A stretch of 64,000 bases of DNA from Subdoligranulum variabile. GTDB lineage: Bacteria > Bacillota > Clostridia > Oscillospirales > Ruminococcaceae. Below, in pieces: positions 51,839-61,960 of this stretch. Every line of letters begins with the position of its first letter. Position 1 is the stretch's first letter. The stretch is taken from NCBI GenBank assembly GCA_003343905.1, contig QAKI01000016.1, forward strand, positions 48,144 through 112,143, in the 5' to 3' direction. The notes under the pieces are model-generated. The model was not told the DNA's origin. It saw nothing but the letters and a program-made list of their open reading frames with translations, and made no database searches. The translations under genes were made by a program, and so were the position numbers.

Positions 51839-52729
51839 TTAGAGATGCGCCCGCTTGCGGGTGACAAGCAGGTTGATGCAGGTGATGGTCAGCACGATGA
51901 CGAACAGGATGATGGCCGCCGCCGAAGCATAGGACGGGTATCCGCCGCTGTCGCCGTAAAGCATATCATACACATAGCCCACGATGGTGTTCATGCCCGC
52001 GGCGTTCAGGTCGGTGCCGAACAGGGCCACCGCGTCGCTGTAGGCTTTGAACGCGCCGATGAAGCCGGTGATGACCAGATACACGATCATGGGGGAGATC
52101 ATGGGCAGCGTGATGCGGAAAAAGATGCGCGTGCGGCTGGTGCCGTCCACCCGGGCGGCCTTGTAGTATTCATCGTTGACCGAAGCCAGCGCGCTGGTCA
52201 GCACCAGGATCTTAAAGGGCAGCACCACCCAGATGGTGTAAAAGCACAGCACGAACATCTTGGCCCAGTGAGGACCGTTGATAAAGTCAATGGGTCCCGC
52301 GCCGAACCAGGAGAGCATCAGGTTCACAAGGCCGTCGGTGTATTCGGTACGCTGGAACAGCACCATAAACACCAGACCCACGGCCAGCGTGTTGGTGACA
52401 TAGGGCAGGAAGTAGACGGTCTGGTACAGCTTGCGCAGCGGCTTGACGGACGCCAGCGCCGTGGAGATGACCAGCGCCAGGATCGTGGAGATGGGCACCG
52501 TGATGATGACCAGCACGAAGGTGTTTTCCACCGCCTGCAGGAAGTAGGGGTCGTGCAGCACATAGGAATAGTTGTACAGCCCCACCCCCTGGTAGGTCTG
52601 GGAGGCGAAGTTATAACATTCTTCCAGCGAATAGATCGCCACGTCGATCAGCGGGTAGACCAAAAAGGCCCCCAGCAGGATGATCGACGGCAGCAGGTAG
52701 AGCCATGCTTTTTTTGAGTTGCGGTCCAT
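51839..52729 (-). CDS. CUT1-type ABC permease (MalF/UgpA-like)
   Basis: YLLPS, VGL.NY, YFLPYVT, 'YYKAARVDG', ITLP..SP. Confidence 0.93.
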   Translation of the reverse strand: MDRNSKKAWLYLLPSIILLGAFLVYPLIDVAIYSLEECYNFASQTYQGVGLYNYSYVLHDPYFLQAVENTFVLVIITVPISTILALVISTALASVKPLRKLYQTVYFLPYVTNTLAVGLVFMVLFQRTEYTDGLVNLMLSWFGAGPIDFINGPHWAKMFVLCFYTIWVVLPFKILVLTSALASVNDEYYKAARVDGTSRTRIFFRITLPMISPMIVYLVITGFIGAFKAYSDAVALFGTDLNAAGMNTIVGYVYDMLYGDSGGYPSYASAAAIILFVIVLTITCINLLVTRKRAHL

Positions 52730-52741
52730 GCCTTCGCCCCC

Positions 52742-53854
52742 TTACGCCCGGGCAGCGCCGCCGAAGCGGATGCGCTGTTCGGTGCCGCGGTCAAACAGGA
52801 ATACCTTTTCGGGTTTGAGGGCAAAGCGGACGGTGTCGCCCATCGGCCCGGTCAGTTCCTCGGGGCGGACGATGGCGCGCACGGTATCGCCCTGCAAAGC
52901 GGGGTGGGTGCAGACGATGCTGGTATCGCGGCCCAGCACCTCCACCCGGTTGAGGGCGCAGGCCAGCGGGCCGCCGGCGGCGGGCACAAAGCCCTCCGGC
53001 CGCACGCCCACCCACACTTCGCCGTCGGGCGCGCCGGGTACGGGCAACGCCTTCTGCCCGGCCAGCAGCAGCGCGCCGCTTTGCACCTCGCCGGCAAAGA
53101 CGTTGATGGGCGGGGTGCCCAGGAACTTTGCCACGAACAGGCACGCGGGGTCATCATAGACCTGCTGGGGCGCGCCCTGCTGCATAAGGACGCCGTCCTT
53201 CATGACCACGATAAAGTCGGAGATGCTCATGGCTTCTTCCTGGTCATGGGTGACGAACAGCGTGGTGATGCCGGTCTTTTTCTGGATCTTGCAGATCTCC
53301 TCGCGGGTCTGCAGGCGCAGCCGGGCGTCCAGGTTGGAGAGCGGCTCGTCCAGCAGCAGCACGCGCGGGGTCTTGACCAGCGCGCGGGCGATGGCCACCC
53401 GCTGCTGCTGCCCGCCGGAAAGTTCCTTCGGCTTGCGGTCCAGCAGTTCTTCGATCTGCACCAGCGCGGCGGCTTCCATGGCGCGGCGGCGCATCTCGGC
53501 ACGGGAAAGTTTCTGCGCGCCTTTGAGGTTTTCCAGCGGGAAGGTGATGTTCTGCAGCACCGTCAGGTGGGGGTAGAGGGCGTAGTTCTGGAACACCATG
53601 CCCACGCCGCGCAGTTCCGGCGGCAGGGCGGTCACGTCCTCCCCGCCGAAGAAGATCTTGCCCGCGGTGGGGGGCTCCAGCCCGCAGATCATGTTCAAGG
53701 TGGTGGATTTGCCGCAGCCCGAAGGCCCCAGCAGGCCCACCAGTTTGCCGTCCGGCACTTCAAAGGTCAGGTCCCGCACCGCGGTGACCGCGCCCTGGGC
53801 TTTGAGCCCGCGGGCCGGGAACTGCTTGGTGAGGTTCTGCAACTGGATATTCAT
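52742..53854 (-). CDS. MalK/UgpC-family ABC ATPase
   Basis: GPSGCGKST, VFQNYALYPH, LSGGQQQR, LLDEPLSNLD, VTHDQEEA. Confidence 0.96.
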   Translation of the reverse strand: MNIQLQNLTKQFPARGLKAQGAVTAVRDLTFEVPDGKLVGLLGPSGCGKSTTLNMICGLEPPTAGKIFFGGEDVTALPPELRGVGMVFQNYALYPHLTVLQNITFPLENLKGAQKLSRAEMRRRAMEAAALVQIEELLDRKPKELSGGQQQRVAIARALVKTPRVLLLDEPLSNLDARLRLQTREEICKIQKKTGITTLFVTHDQEEAMSISDFIVVMKDGVLMQQGAPQQVYDDPACLFVAKFLGTPPINVFAGEVQSGALLLAGQKALPVPGAPDGEVWVGVRPEGFVPAAGGPLACALNRVEVLGRDTSIVCTHPALQGDTVRAIVRPEELTGPMGDTVRFALKPEKVFLFDRGTEQRIRFGGAARA

Positions 53855-54076
53855 GCCCATATCTCCCCTGTTTTGCATTTATACAGGGTATATTATACAG
53901 GGTTTTGCCGCGATTCACAAGCGTTTGCGGGCACGTCGGGTTTTGTTTTTTGCATCCGGGCGGGGGGCAAGGGACGCATATGTGGCCCGCGGGTGTTGAC
54001 GGCCGCTGTGTTGTCTGCGGGGGTACGGCAGGTCGAGGGGCTGGCTCTTCCGGTTGCTTTTCTGCCCGGAAGGTTT

Positions 54077-54226
54077 CGGGCAGCGGAACGGTGCCGAACC
54101 CCTCAGTCTGCGCCTGCGGCGCATCCAGCTCCCCTGAAAGGGGAGCCTTTGACGGGTTGTAGAGGAAAAGCCTCCCCTTCCAGGGGAGGTGTCTGCCGCA
54201 GGCAGACGGAGGGGTTCTGCTGCCCG
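54077..54226. repeat. Inverted pair of palindromic repeats (REP-doublet/MITE-like)
   Basis: cccctcagtc...agctcccctgaaaggggagc is followed by an inverted relative gcctcccct..aggggagg..gacggagggg, with outer stem cgggcagcggaac/gttctgctgcccg. Confidence 0.65.
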
Positions 54227-54256
54227 GTCGCGCGGCATCTTCCGGGACGTTCCCAC

Positions 54257-54433
54257 GGCGGGGTCAAGACCCCGCCCTACCGACCGAAATAAGCGTCCCG
54301 CTTTGCCTTTCACCTTTTGGCCCTTTAAGAAGGACTGCATGGACGCAGCCACAGGGCGTGTATGGCGGCAATGTGGGTTGTGAGACGGCAAACCGTCCCC
54401 GGTCGCACTGTAGGGCGGGGTCAAGACCCCGCC
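54257..54433. repeat. Two inverted GTAG-type REP palindromes (54257-54280 minus; 54410-54433 plus)
   Basis: GTAG-GGCGGGGTC-nn-GACCCCGCC occurs once in each orientation. Confidence 0.75.
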
Positions 54434-54535
54434 GTATTGGGAGCGGGCCGCAGGCCCGCGATCCACCATATTTATTATCTTTTATCTCTTATCTCTTATC
54501 TGTTTTCCGTTTTTTCCCCCAAGGGGCCTGCCCGG

Positions 54536-55714
54536 TCAGATCTGTTCCAGCACGCCGCGCAGCACTGCAAGGCCCTGGTCCACGTCCTGCTGCGTCAGGA
54601 TCAGCGGCGGCAGCAGGCGCAGGCGCGTCTTGGCCGTGAGGACCAGCAGGCCCGCCCGCTCGCAGGCGGCGCGCACCGCGGCGGCGGAAACGCCATCCGC
54701 AAAGGCGACGCCCACCATCAGCCCCAGACCGCTGACTTCCGCCACATGGGGCAGCGCCGCCAGCCCGGCGCGCAGCCGGGCCGCCTGCGCCCTGACATTT
54801 TGCAGCAGTGCTTCGTCCAGCGTATGCAGCACCGCCAGCGCGCCCGCGCAGGCCACCGGGTTGCCGCCGAACGTGGACCCGTGGCTGCCGGGGCCCATGT
54901 GGTCCGCCACCTTGCGGCTCATGACCGCCGCGCCGATGGGCAGGCCGCCGCCCAGCCCTTTGGCCAGTGTGACTACATCCGGCCGCAGGCCGTACTGTTC
55001 ACAGGCCAAAAACGTGCCGGTACGGCCCACGCCGGTCTGCACTTCGTCCACCAGCAGCAGGATGTCCCGCGCGCGGCAGAACTCGGCCGCCGCCCGCACA
55101 TAGTCCGGGTCCAGCGCGACCACGCCGCCCTCCCCCTGCACCAGTTCCAGCAGCAGGGCGCAGGTATCCGGCCCGGCGGCGGCTTGCAGCGCGGGCAGGT
55201 CCCCCGCCGGGACGTAGCCGAATTTTTCCGGGAAGGGGCCGAAATCCTGATGGAACACCGCCTGCCCCGTGGCCGCCAGCGTTGCCAGCGTGCGCCCGTG
55301 GAAAGAATTGACCAGCGTGAGGACCCGTTCACGGCCGGGGCCGTAGGTATCGGCGCTGTATTTGCGGGCAGCCTTGATGGCGCATTCGTTGGCTTCGGCC
55401 CCCGAATTGCCGAAGAACACCGCGTCCAGCCCGGTACGGCGGCAGAGTTCCTGCGCCAGCGCGCCGCAGGGTTCGGTGTAATACAGGTTGGACGTGTGCT
55501 GCAGCCGCCCCGCCTGGGCGCTGACGGCCTGCACCCAGGCCGGGTGGCAGAACCCCAGCGCATTGACCCCGATGCCGGAGGTAAAATCCAGATAGGTCCG
55601 GCCTTCGGCGTCCCGCGCATACATCCCCTGCCCTTCGGTCAGGGCGACGGGGCTGCGGGCGTAGGTGTGCAGAACATTGGCGTCGTCCCGCGCGATGATG
55701 GCTTGGGTATCCAT
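54536..55714 (-). CDS. argD: Acetylornithine aminotransferase
   Basis: NSGAEANE, FHGRT, QGEGG, DEVQTG.GRTG, TLAKGLGGG, HGSTFGGNP; arg operon context. Confidence 0.95.
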   Translation of the reverse strand: MDTQAIIARDDANVLHTYARSPVALTEGQGMYARDAEGRTYLDFTSGIGVNALGFCHPAWVQAVSAQAGRLQHTSNLYYTEPCGALAQELCRRTGLDAVFFGNSGAEANECAIKAARKYSADTYGPGRERVLTLVNSFHGRTLATLAATGQAVFHQDFGPFPEKFGYVPAGDLPALQAAAGPDTCALLLELVQGEGGVVALDPDYVRAAAEFCRARDILLLVDEVQTGVGRTGTFLACEQYGLRPDVVTLAKGLGGGLPIGAAVMSRKVADHMGPGSHGSTFGGNPVACAGALAVLHTLDEALLQNVRAQAARLRAGLAALPHVAEVSGLGLMVGVAFADGVSAAAVRAACERAGLLVLTAKTRLRLLPPLILTQQDVDQGLAVLRGVLEQI

Positions 55715-55729
55715 GGCGTTTTCCCCCTT

Positions 55730-56584
55730 TCAGCGGCCCCGGTGGCGGTAGAGCATCGTGCCCGCCCCGCGGTCGGAGAACATCTCCAGCAGAATGGAAT
55801 GGGGCACCCGGCCGTCCAGAATGACGGCCTCCCGCACGCCCCGCTCGATGGCTTCGGCCAGGCCCTCGATCTTGGGCAACATGCCCCCGGCGATGATGCC
55901 CGCCTGTTTGTAGCCCTCGATCTCCGAAAGTTCCACCTGCGGGATCAGCGTGGATTCGTCGTTTTTATCATAGAGCAGGCCGGGGATGTCGGTCATGCTC
56001 ACCAGCTTGTGGGCGTGCAGGGCAATGGCGATCTCGGCCGCGGCGGTGTCGGCGTTGATGTTATAGGCCACGCCCCGGTTGTCCATGCCGACGGTGGCGA
56101 TCACCGGGATGAAGCTGTCGGCCAGCAGGTGTTCGATCAGGGTGGTGTCCACCCGGCGGATCCGCCCCACATACCCCAGATCCACATCGGTCTTGCGCGT
56201 GCAGGTGATCATGTGCCCATCCATGCCGCAAAGGCCTACGCCGCGGCCCTTGAGCAGCGCCACCAGGTCCTTGTTGACCCGGCCCGCCAGAACTTCCTGC
56301 ACGACGGCCATCGTTTCCTTATCCGTATAGCGCAGGCCGCCGACGAATTTCGGTTCCTTACCCATGCGCTGCAATGCCTCGTTGATGGCGGGGCCGCCGC
56401 CATGCACCAGCACCACCCGCACGCCCAGCAGCGTGAGCGTAACAAGGTCGTTCATGACCGCCAGTTTGAGCGCATCGTCCACCATGGCGCTGCCGCCGTA
56501 CTTGATGACCAGCGTTTTGCCGTGGTATTTCTGGATATAGGGCGTCGCTTCACTGAAAAGCAGCGCCATCTGTTCGTTCTTCAT
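55730..56584 (-). CDS. argB: Acetylglutamate kinase
   Basis: VIKYGG, VHGGGP.I, GLRYTD, NINADTAA, GGM.PK. Confidence 0.96.
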   Translation of the reverse strand: MKNEQMALLFSEATPYIQKYHGKTLVIKYGGSAMVDDALKLAVMNDLVTLTLLGVRVVLVHGGGPAINEALQRMGKEPKFVGGLRYTDKETMAVVQEVLAGRVNKDLVALLKGRGVGLCGMDGHMITCTRKTDVDLGYVGRIRRVDTTLIEHLLADSFIPVIATVGMDNRGVAYNINADTAAAEIAIALHAHKLVSMTDIPGLLYDKNDESTLIPQVELSEIEGYKQAGIIAGGMLPKIEGLAEAIERGVREAVILDGRVPHSILLEMFSDRGAGTMLYRHRGR

Positions 56585-56603
56585 GGCCTTGCCCCCTTGC
56601 CTG

Positions 56604-57836
56604 TCAGGTGCGGTAATCGCCGTTGATCTTTACATAGTCATACGTCAGGTCGCAGCCCCACGCCTTGGCCGTGGCGCTGCCGCTGCCCAGGTCCACCAAA
56701 ATCTGGATCTCGCTTTCTTTCAAAACACGGGCGGCTTCCTCCTCGCTGTAGGGGTGGTGGGCGGCGTTCTCGCACACGAACACCTCACCGGCCGCACTTT
56801 TCAGCCGCACCGCGGTCTTGCTGATGTCAAAATCGCCGGGGGTATAGCCGATGGCGCACAGCGCCCGGCCCCAGTTGGCGTCGGCCCCGAACATGGCGGC
56901 CTTGAACAGCGTGGAATGGATGACGCTTTTGCTGACGGCGCGGGCCGTTTGCAGGTCGGGCGCACCGGTAACGGTGCATTCCAGCAGTTTGGTCGCGCCC
57001 TCGCCGTCGGCGGCCAGTTCCCGGCACAGATGTTCCGACACGGCGGTGAGCGCCGCCAGGAACGCCTCGTAGCCGGGGGTCCCGGCTTCCACCTTGACTC
57101 CCGACAGGCCGGAAGCCAGCAGCAGGACCGTATCGTTGGTGGAAGTATCGCCGTCCACCGAGATCTGGTTGAAGGTGGCAGGCACCACGGCGGACAGCGC
57201 CTTTTGCAGCACAGCCGGTTCCACCTGGGCGTCGGTAGTCAGGAACAGCAGCATGGTGGCCATGTTGGGGTGGATCATGCCGGAGCCCTTCGCCATGGCG
57301 CCGATGCGGCAAGTCTTGCCGTCCACGGTCAGTTCCACCGCGTACTCCTTGGGGTGGGTGTCGGTGGTCATGATGGCGCAAGCCGCGTCATGGGCGGCGG
57401 CTTCGGTGGCGGCCAGCCGGGCGGCCGCCGCGGGGATGCCCGCGGCAAAGGGCGTCAGTTCCATGGCCTGCCCGATGACGCCGGTGGAGGCGGGCAGTAC
57501 GTCCTGCGGCGCAACGCCCACGGCTTTGGCGACCAGTTCACAGGTGGCGCGGGCCAGTTCCACACCGCCCGGCGCGCAGGTGTTGGCGTTGCCGCTGTTC
57601 ACAAGGATGGCCTGGGCATACCCGTCGGCCAGATGTTCCCGATCCACCGTGATGGGCGCACCGTAGACTTTGTTGGTGGTGTAGCAGCCTGCGCCCGCAC
57701 AGCGCACGTCTGCCTTGATGAGCGCCAGATCCAGCTTGGACTGGTTGCGCCGGATGCCGCAGTGTACCCCCGCGGCAGAAAAACCCTTTGCCGCGCAGAC
57801 ACCGCCCGGCACCGGCTGAAAAGTTGCAGTTCCCAT
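56604..57836 (-). CDS. argJ: Ornithine acetyltransferase
   Basis: NSGNANTC, STGVIG, IMTTDT, KGSGMIHPNMATML, DGDTSTND, DGEGATK. Confidence 0.97.
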   Translation of the reverse strand: MGTATFQPVPGGVCAAKGFSAAGVHCGIRRNQSKLDLALIKADVRCAGAGCYTTNKVYGAPITVDREHLADGYAQAILVNSGNANTCAPGGVELARATCELVAKAVGVAPQDVLPASTGVIGQAMELTPFAAGIPAAAARLAATEAAAHDAACAIMTTDTHPKEYAVELTVDGKTCRIGAMAKGSGMIHPNMATMLLFLTTDAQVEPAVLQKALSAVVPATFNQISVDGDTSTNDTVLLLASGLSGVKVEAGTPGYEAFLAALTAVSEHLCRELAADGEGATKLLECTVTGAPDLQTARAVSKSVIHSTLFKAAMFGADANWGRALCAIGYTPGDFDISKTAVRLKSAAGEVFVCENAAHHPYSEEEAARVLKESEIQILVDLGSGSATAKAWGCDLTYDYVKINGDYRT

Positions 57837-57902
57837 GGTTTTCTTTCCTCTCTCCTCTTTATAGCGGGCGTTCCACGCACGGCAGCGCCCCATTCTGACG
57901 GT

Positions 57903-58844
57903 TCACAGGACCAGACCCGCACATTCGTCCAGCCCCAGCATCAGGTTCATGCACTGCACCGCCGCGCCCGAAGCGCCCTTGCCCAGATTGTCGAACCGGC
58001 TGATGAGCTGCATCTGCCGCTCTTCGGGGTCCGCCAGGCAGAAGATCTCCAGCCGGTCGGTGCCCGCCAGTGCGTTGGCAGCCAGAAAGCCGCCGTCGCA
58101 GCCTTCGTTCAGCGGGTGTACCGTGACGACCGGCCCGCCCGCATAGGCGGCGGCCAGCGTATCGGCCACCTGCTGTGCCGTCACGCTCAGCCCCTGCAGG
58201 TCCAGCGGGACCATCGTCACCATGCCCGCGTAGTAATCGGCCACGATGGGCACAAAGTTGGGCGCGGCATCCAGCCCCGTGACGGCGCGCATTTCCGGCA
58301 GATGCTTGTGGTGCAGCGCCAGCCCGTAGGGGCGCGGCGCATCCAGGGCCGGGGCCCGCTGCGGGGCTTCATATTCCGCGATCATCGCCTTGCCGCCGCC
58401 GGAATAGCCGGTCAGGCTGTAGCAGCACAGCCGGGCCGCGGCGGGCACAAGCCCCGCCGCCACCAGCGGCGCCACCGGGGCGATAAAGCCCGTGGCATGG
58501 CAGCCTGGCACCGCCACGCGGGTGGCCGCAGCCAGCGCCGCGCGCACGCCGGGCAGTTCCGGCATGCCGTAGACCCAGCCGGGGGCCGTGCGGTGCGCGG
58601 TGGACGTATCCAGCACGCGCACATCAGGCCGCAGCAGCGGGACCACCTCCCGCGCTGCCGCGTCGGGCAGGCAGAGGAAGGACAGGTCGCTCCCGTTGAT
58701 GACCGCCGCGCGGGCGCGGACGTCCTTGCGGTCAGCTTCCGAAATCGTCAGGATCGTGAATTCCGGCCGGGCGGCCAACCGCTGGGCGATGCGCAGCCCG
58801 GTGGTCCCGGCGGAGCCGTCCACAAAAATCTTATATTTCGCCAC
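57903..58844 (-). CDS. argC: N-acetyl-gamma-glutamyl-phosphate reductase (short type-2 form)
   Basis: IFVDGSAGTTGL, STAHR, PGCHATG, GYSGGGK, DNLGKGASGAAVQ. Confidence 0.96.
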   Translation of the reverse strand: MAKYKIFVDGSAGTTGLRIAQRLAARPEFTILTISEADRKDVRARAAVINGSDLSFLCLPDAAAREVVPLLRPDVRVLDTSTAHRTAPGWVYGMPELPGVRAALAAATRVAVPGCHATGFIAPVAPLVAAGLVPAAARLCCYSLTGYSGGGKAMIAEYEAPQRAPALDAPRPYGLALHHKHLPEMRAVTGLDAAPNFVPIVADYYAGMVTMVPLDLQGLSVTAQQVADTLAAAYAGGPVVTVHPLNEGCDGGFLAANALAGTDRLEIFCLADPEERQMQLISRFDNLGKGASGAAVQCMNLMLGLDECAGLVL

Positions 58845-58866
58845 AACATCACCTGTTTCTTTTTCT

Positions 58867-59186
58867 AAAAGTTCTTTGCTTGCTTTCTTTCCGTGAAAAC
58901 TGCATCCCTTGCCGGAAACGAGAAACCGTCACCCGGCCGCCCGTTCACGGGCTGAACGATCAAAAATTCCTTGCTTGCTTTCTTTCCGTGAAAGCCGCAT
59001 CCCTTGCCGGGAATGAGAACCGGCACCCGGCCACCCGTTCACGGATCGAACGATCAAAAGTTCTTTGCTTACTTTCTTTCCGCGAAAGTCGCATTCCCTG
59101 CCGGAAACGAGAAACCAGCCCCCGGCCGCCCGTTCACGGGCTGAACGATCAAAAGTTCTTTGCTTACTTTCTTTCAAGAAAGTAAG
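58867..59186. repeat. Tandem repeat: three 94-95 bp units plus a partial fourth
   Basis: Units start at 58867, 58962, 59056 and 59151 with AAAAGTTCTTTGCTT(A/G)CTTTCTTTC or a near variant. Confidence 0.92.
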
Positions 59187-60549
59187 ACCGCATCGTTTCA
59201 ATTTGCTTGCACACGCTTGCCTTCGTGGGTCCGCCGTAGCTGGCGCGGCCCTCGCAGCAGGTCGTCAGGTCGATGGCGTGGTAAATATCCTGCTCAAACA
59301 GGCTGCTGTACTGTTGGAACTCGTCCAGGGTCAGTTCTTCCAGCGTTTTGCCGGCGGCGATGCAGGCCGCCACCATCGCGCCGGTGCACTTGTAGGCATC
59401 CCGGAAAGGCATTCCCTTCTTCGTCAGGTAATCGGCGCAGTCGGTGGCGTTGATGAATCCTTTGGCCGCCGCCCGGCGCATGTTCTGCGGCAGCGGGGTC
59501 ATGGTAGCCAGCATGGGCGTGATGGTGCGCAGGCAGAGTTCCAGCGTATCCACCGCGTCAAAGATGGCCTCCTTGTCCTCCTGCATATCCTTGTCATAGG
59601 CCAGGGGGATGCCCTTCATCATGACCAGCAGCGTGTTCAGGTCGCCGTAGACCCGGCCCGTTTTGCCGCGGATCAGTTCGGCCACGTCGGGGTTTTTCTT
59701 CTGCGGCATGATCGAGGACCCGGTGGTGAAGGCATCGTCCAGTTCCACGAACTGGAACTCCCAACTGCACCAGAGAATGATCTCCTCCGACAGGCGGGAC
59801 AGGTGCATCATGCAGACAGCCAGGACGGCGCACAGTTCAATGCAGAAATCCCGGTCCGAAACGCCGTCGATGGAGTTGGCGCAGGGCGCCGCAAAACCAA
59901 GCTGTTCCGCTGTATAAAAACGGTCCAGCGGGTAGGTGGTGCCCGCCAGCGCGCCGGACCCCAGCGGGCACTCGGCGTCCATGCGGGCCGTGGCGTCCTG
60001 CAGGCGGCCCAGATCGCGCAGCAGCATCCAGGCATAGGCCATCAGCTGGTGGCCGAAAGTGACGGGCTGGGCCCGCTGCAGGTGGGTGTAGCCCGGCATG
60101 ACATACCCGGCGCTTTTTTCGGCCTGATCGCACAGCACGCCGATGAGTTCCCGGATCTGCCCCTGGATATGGGCCGACGCTTCCCGCAGGTTCAGCCGCA
60201 GGTCCAGCGCCACCTGATCGTTGCGGCTGCGGCCGGTGTGCAGCCGCTTGCCCGCGTCCCCCACGCGGGCGGTCAGAGTCTGTTCCACAAAGGTATGCAC
60301 GTCCTCGGCGGCGGGGTCCACGGTCAGCGCGCCGCTGCGCAGGTCCGCAAGGATGCCCTGCAGCCCGTCATGGATGGCCTGCACGTCCTGCGGCGGGATG
60401 ATGCCCTGCCGCCCCAGCATGGCCGAATGGACCATGCTGCCCCGGATGTCCTGTTCGATCATCCGCGCGTCAAAGCGGATGGAAGAATTGAAGTCGTTGA
60501 CGCGGCTGTCTACGGCCTTGCTGGCCCGGCCCTGCCACAGTTGTGCCAT
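59164..60549 (-). CDS. argH: Argininosuccinate lyase
   Basis: LW.GR, HTGRSRNDQ, PGYTHLQ.AQP, GSSIMPQKKNPD. Confidence 0.97.
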   Translation of the reverse strand: MAQLWQGRASKAVDSRVNDFNSSIRFDARMIEQDIRGSMVHSAMLGRQGIIPPQDVQAIHDGLQGILADLRSGALTVDPAAEDVHTFVEQTLTARVGDAGKRLHTGRSRNDQVALDLRLNLREASAHIQGQIRELIGVLCDQAEKSAGYVMPGYTHLQRAQPVTFGHQLMAYAWMLLRDLGRLQDATARMDAECPLGSGALAGTTYPLDRFYTAEQLGFAAPCANSIDGVSDRDFCIELCAVLAVCMMHLSRLSEEIILWCSWEFQFVELDDAFTTGSSIMPQKKNPDVAELIRGKTGRVYGDLNTLLVMMKGIPLAYDKDMQEDKEAIFDAVDTLELCLRTITPMLATMTPLPQNMRRAAAKGFINATDCADYLTKKGMPFRDAYKCTGAMVAACIAAGKTLEELTLDEFQQYSSLFEQDIYHAIDLTTCCEGRASYGGPTKASVCKQIETMRSYFLERK

Positions 60550-60621
60550 AAGGAAACCCCTCCCGGTCTTGTGAATACGAAACCGCCGCGGGCGGTATTT
60601 CTGCCTGCGGCGGCATGGTCT

Positions 60622-61860
60622 TTAGTCGTTGGCGGGCCAGTTCTTGGCCAGCTTGGCGCGCTCTGCGATGGGCAGCCCGAACAGGTTGATGAACCCGGCG
60701 GAATCGGCCTGGTCGTAGTCCTCGTCCTCCCCGAAGGAAGCGGTCTGCTCGTCGTACAGCGTGTAGGGGCTGGTGACGCCGGCATTGATCATGTTGCCCT
60801 TGTAGAGTTTGAGGGTCACATCGCCGGTAACGGTCTTTTGCAGTTCGTCGGTGAAAGTGCAGATGGCTTCCCGCAGGGGGGTAAACCACTGGCCGTTGTA
60901 GACCAGCTCGCCCATCTTCTGGGCGATGCTCTCCTTGAAATGGAAGGACTCTTTATCCAGCGTGATGGTCTCCAGCACGTTGTGGGCTTTGTAGAGAATG
61001 GCGCCGCCGGGGGTCTCGTAGACGCCGCGGCTCTTCATGCCGACCAGACGGTTTTCCACCACGTCCAGCAGGCCAATACCGTTCTGGCCCCCCAGCTTGT
61101 TCAGATGTTCGATCAGCGCCACGCCGTCCATCGTCTGGCCGTCCACGGCGGTGGGGACGCCCTTTTCAAAATGGATCGTCACATAGGTGGGCGTGTCGGG
61201 GGCCTGTTCGGGGCTGACGCCCAGTTCCAGGAAGCCGGGCTTGTTGTACTGCGGTTCCAGCGAGGGCTGTTCCAGGTCCAGCCCCTCGTGGGAAAGGTGC
61301 CAGAGGTTCTTGTCCTTGGAGTAGTTGGTCTCGCGGTTGATCTTCAGCGGGATGTGGTGGGCCTCGGCGTAGTCGATCTCCTCGTCGCGGCTCTTGATGT
61401 CCCATTCGCGCCAGGGGGCGATGATGGCCATTTCGGGCGCCATGGCCTTGAGGGTCAGTTCAAAGCGGACCTGGTCGTTGCCCTTGCCGGTGCAGCCGTG
61501 GCAGATGGCGTCGGCGCCTTCCTTTTTGGCAATGTCGGCCAGCGCCTTGGCGATACAGGGGCGCGCGTGGGAGGTGCCCAGCAGGTAGTCCTCGTACTTG
61601 GCGTCGGCTTTCAGGCAGGGCCAGATGTAGTTTTCCACATAGTCTTTTTTCAGGTCCAGTACATACAGCTTGGACGCGCCGGTCTTGATCGCTTTTTCTT
61701 CCAGACCGTCCAGTTCAGTGCCCTGGCCCACGTCGCCGGATACCGCGATGACCTCGCAGTTGTTGTAGTTTTCTTTCAGCCAGGGGATGATGATGGAAGT
61801 ATCCAGCCCGCCGGAATAGGCCAGCACCACTTTTTTGATGTCCGCTTTGTTCTTTTTCAT
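60622..61860 (-). CDS. argG: Argininosuccinate synthase
   Basis: [39 protein letters not shown]. Confidence 0.98.
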   Translation of the reverse strand: MKKNKADIKKVVLAYSGGLDTSIIIPWLKENYNNCEVIAVSGDVGQGTELDGLEEKAIKTGASKLYVLDLKKDYVENYIWPCLKADAKYEDYLLGTSHARPCIAKALADIAKKEGADAICHGCTGKGNDQVRFELTLKAMAPEMAIIAPWREWDIKSRDEEIDYAEAHHIPLKINRETNYSKDKNLWHLSHEGLDLEQPSLEPQYNKPGFLELGVSPEQAPDTPTYVTIHFEKGVPTAVDGQTMDGVALIEHLNKLGGQNGIGLLDVVENRLVGMKSRGVYETPGGAILYKAHNVLETITLDKESFHFKESIAQKMGELVYNGQWFTPLREAICTFTDELQKTVTGDVTLKLYKGNMINAGVTSPYTLYDEQTASFGEDEDYDQADSAGFINLFGLPIAERAKLAKNWPAND

Positions 61861-61903
61861 AAAGATCCCCTCTCCTGTGAACAGCGGGGCTGCCGCCCGC
61901 GCT

Positions 61904-61960
61904 GTTGAATATTTATTCATCGAATGATGTATATTATACATCTTTTTGCACAAAAGGCAA
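61904..61960 (-). promoter_or_regulatory. arg operon promoter with ARG box
   Basis: TTGCCT-N16-TATAAT (61960-61933). Palindrome TGAATAtttATTCA (61906-61919) matches the ArgR/AhrC box; a second palindrome ATGTATattATACAT overlaps the -10. Confidence 0.75.

Noticed and set aside
58867..59186. CRISPR array
   Set aside because: The would-be spacers are ~70-bp near-copies of each other and no cas genes are present; it is a tandem repeat.
58880..59201. Short repeat-containing ORFs across the arg tandem array
   Set aside because: The unit length is not a multiple of 3 and there is no RBS; these are translation artefacts of the DNA repeat.
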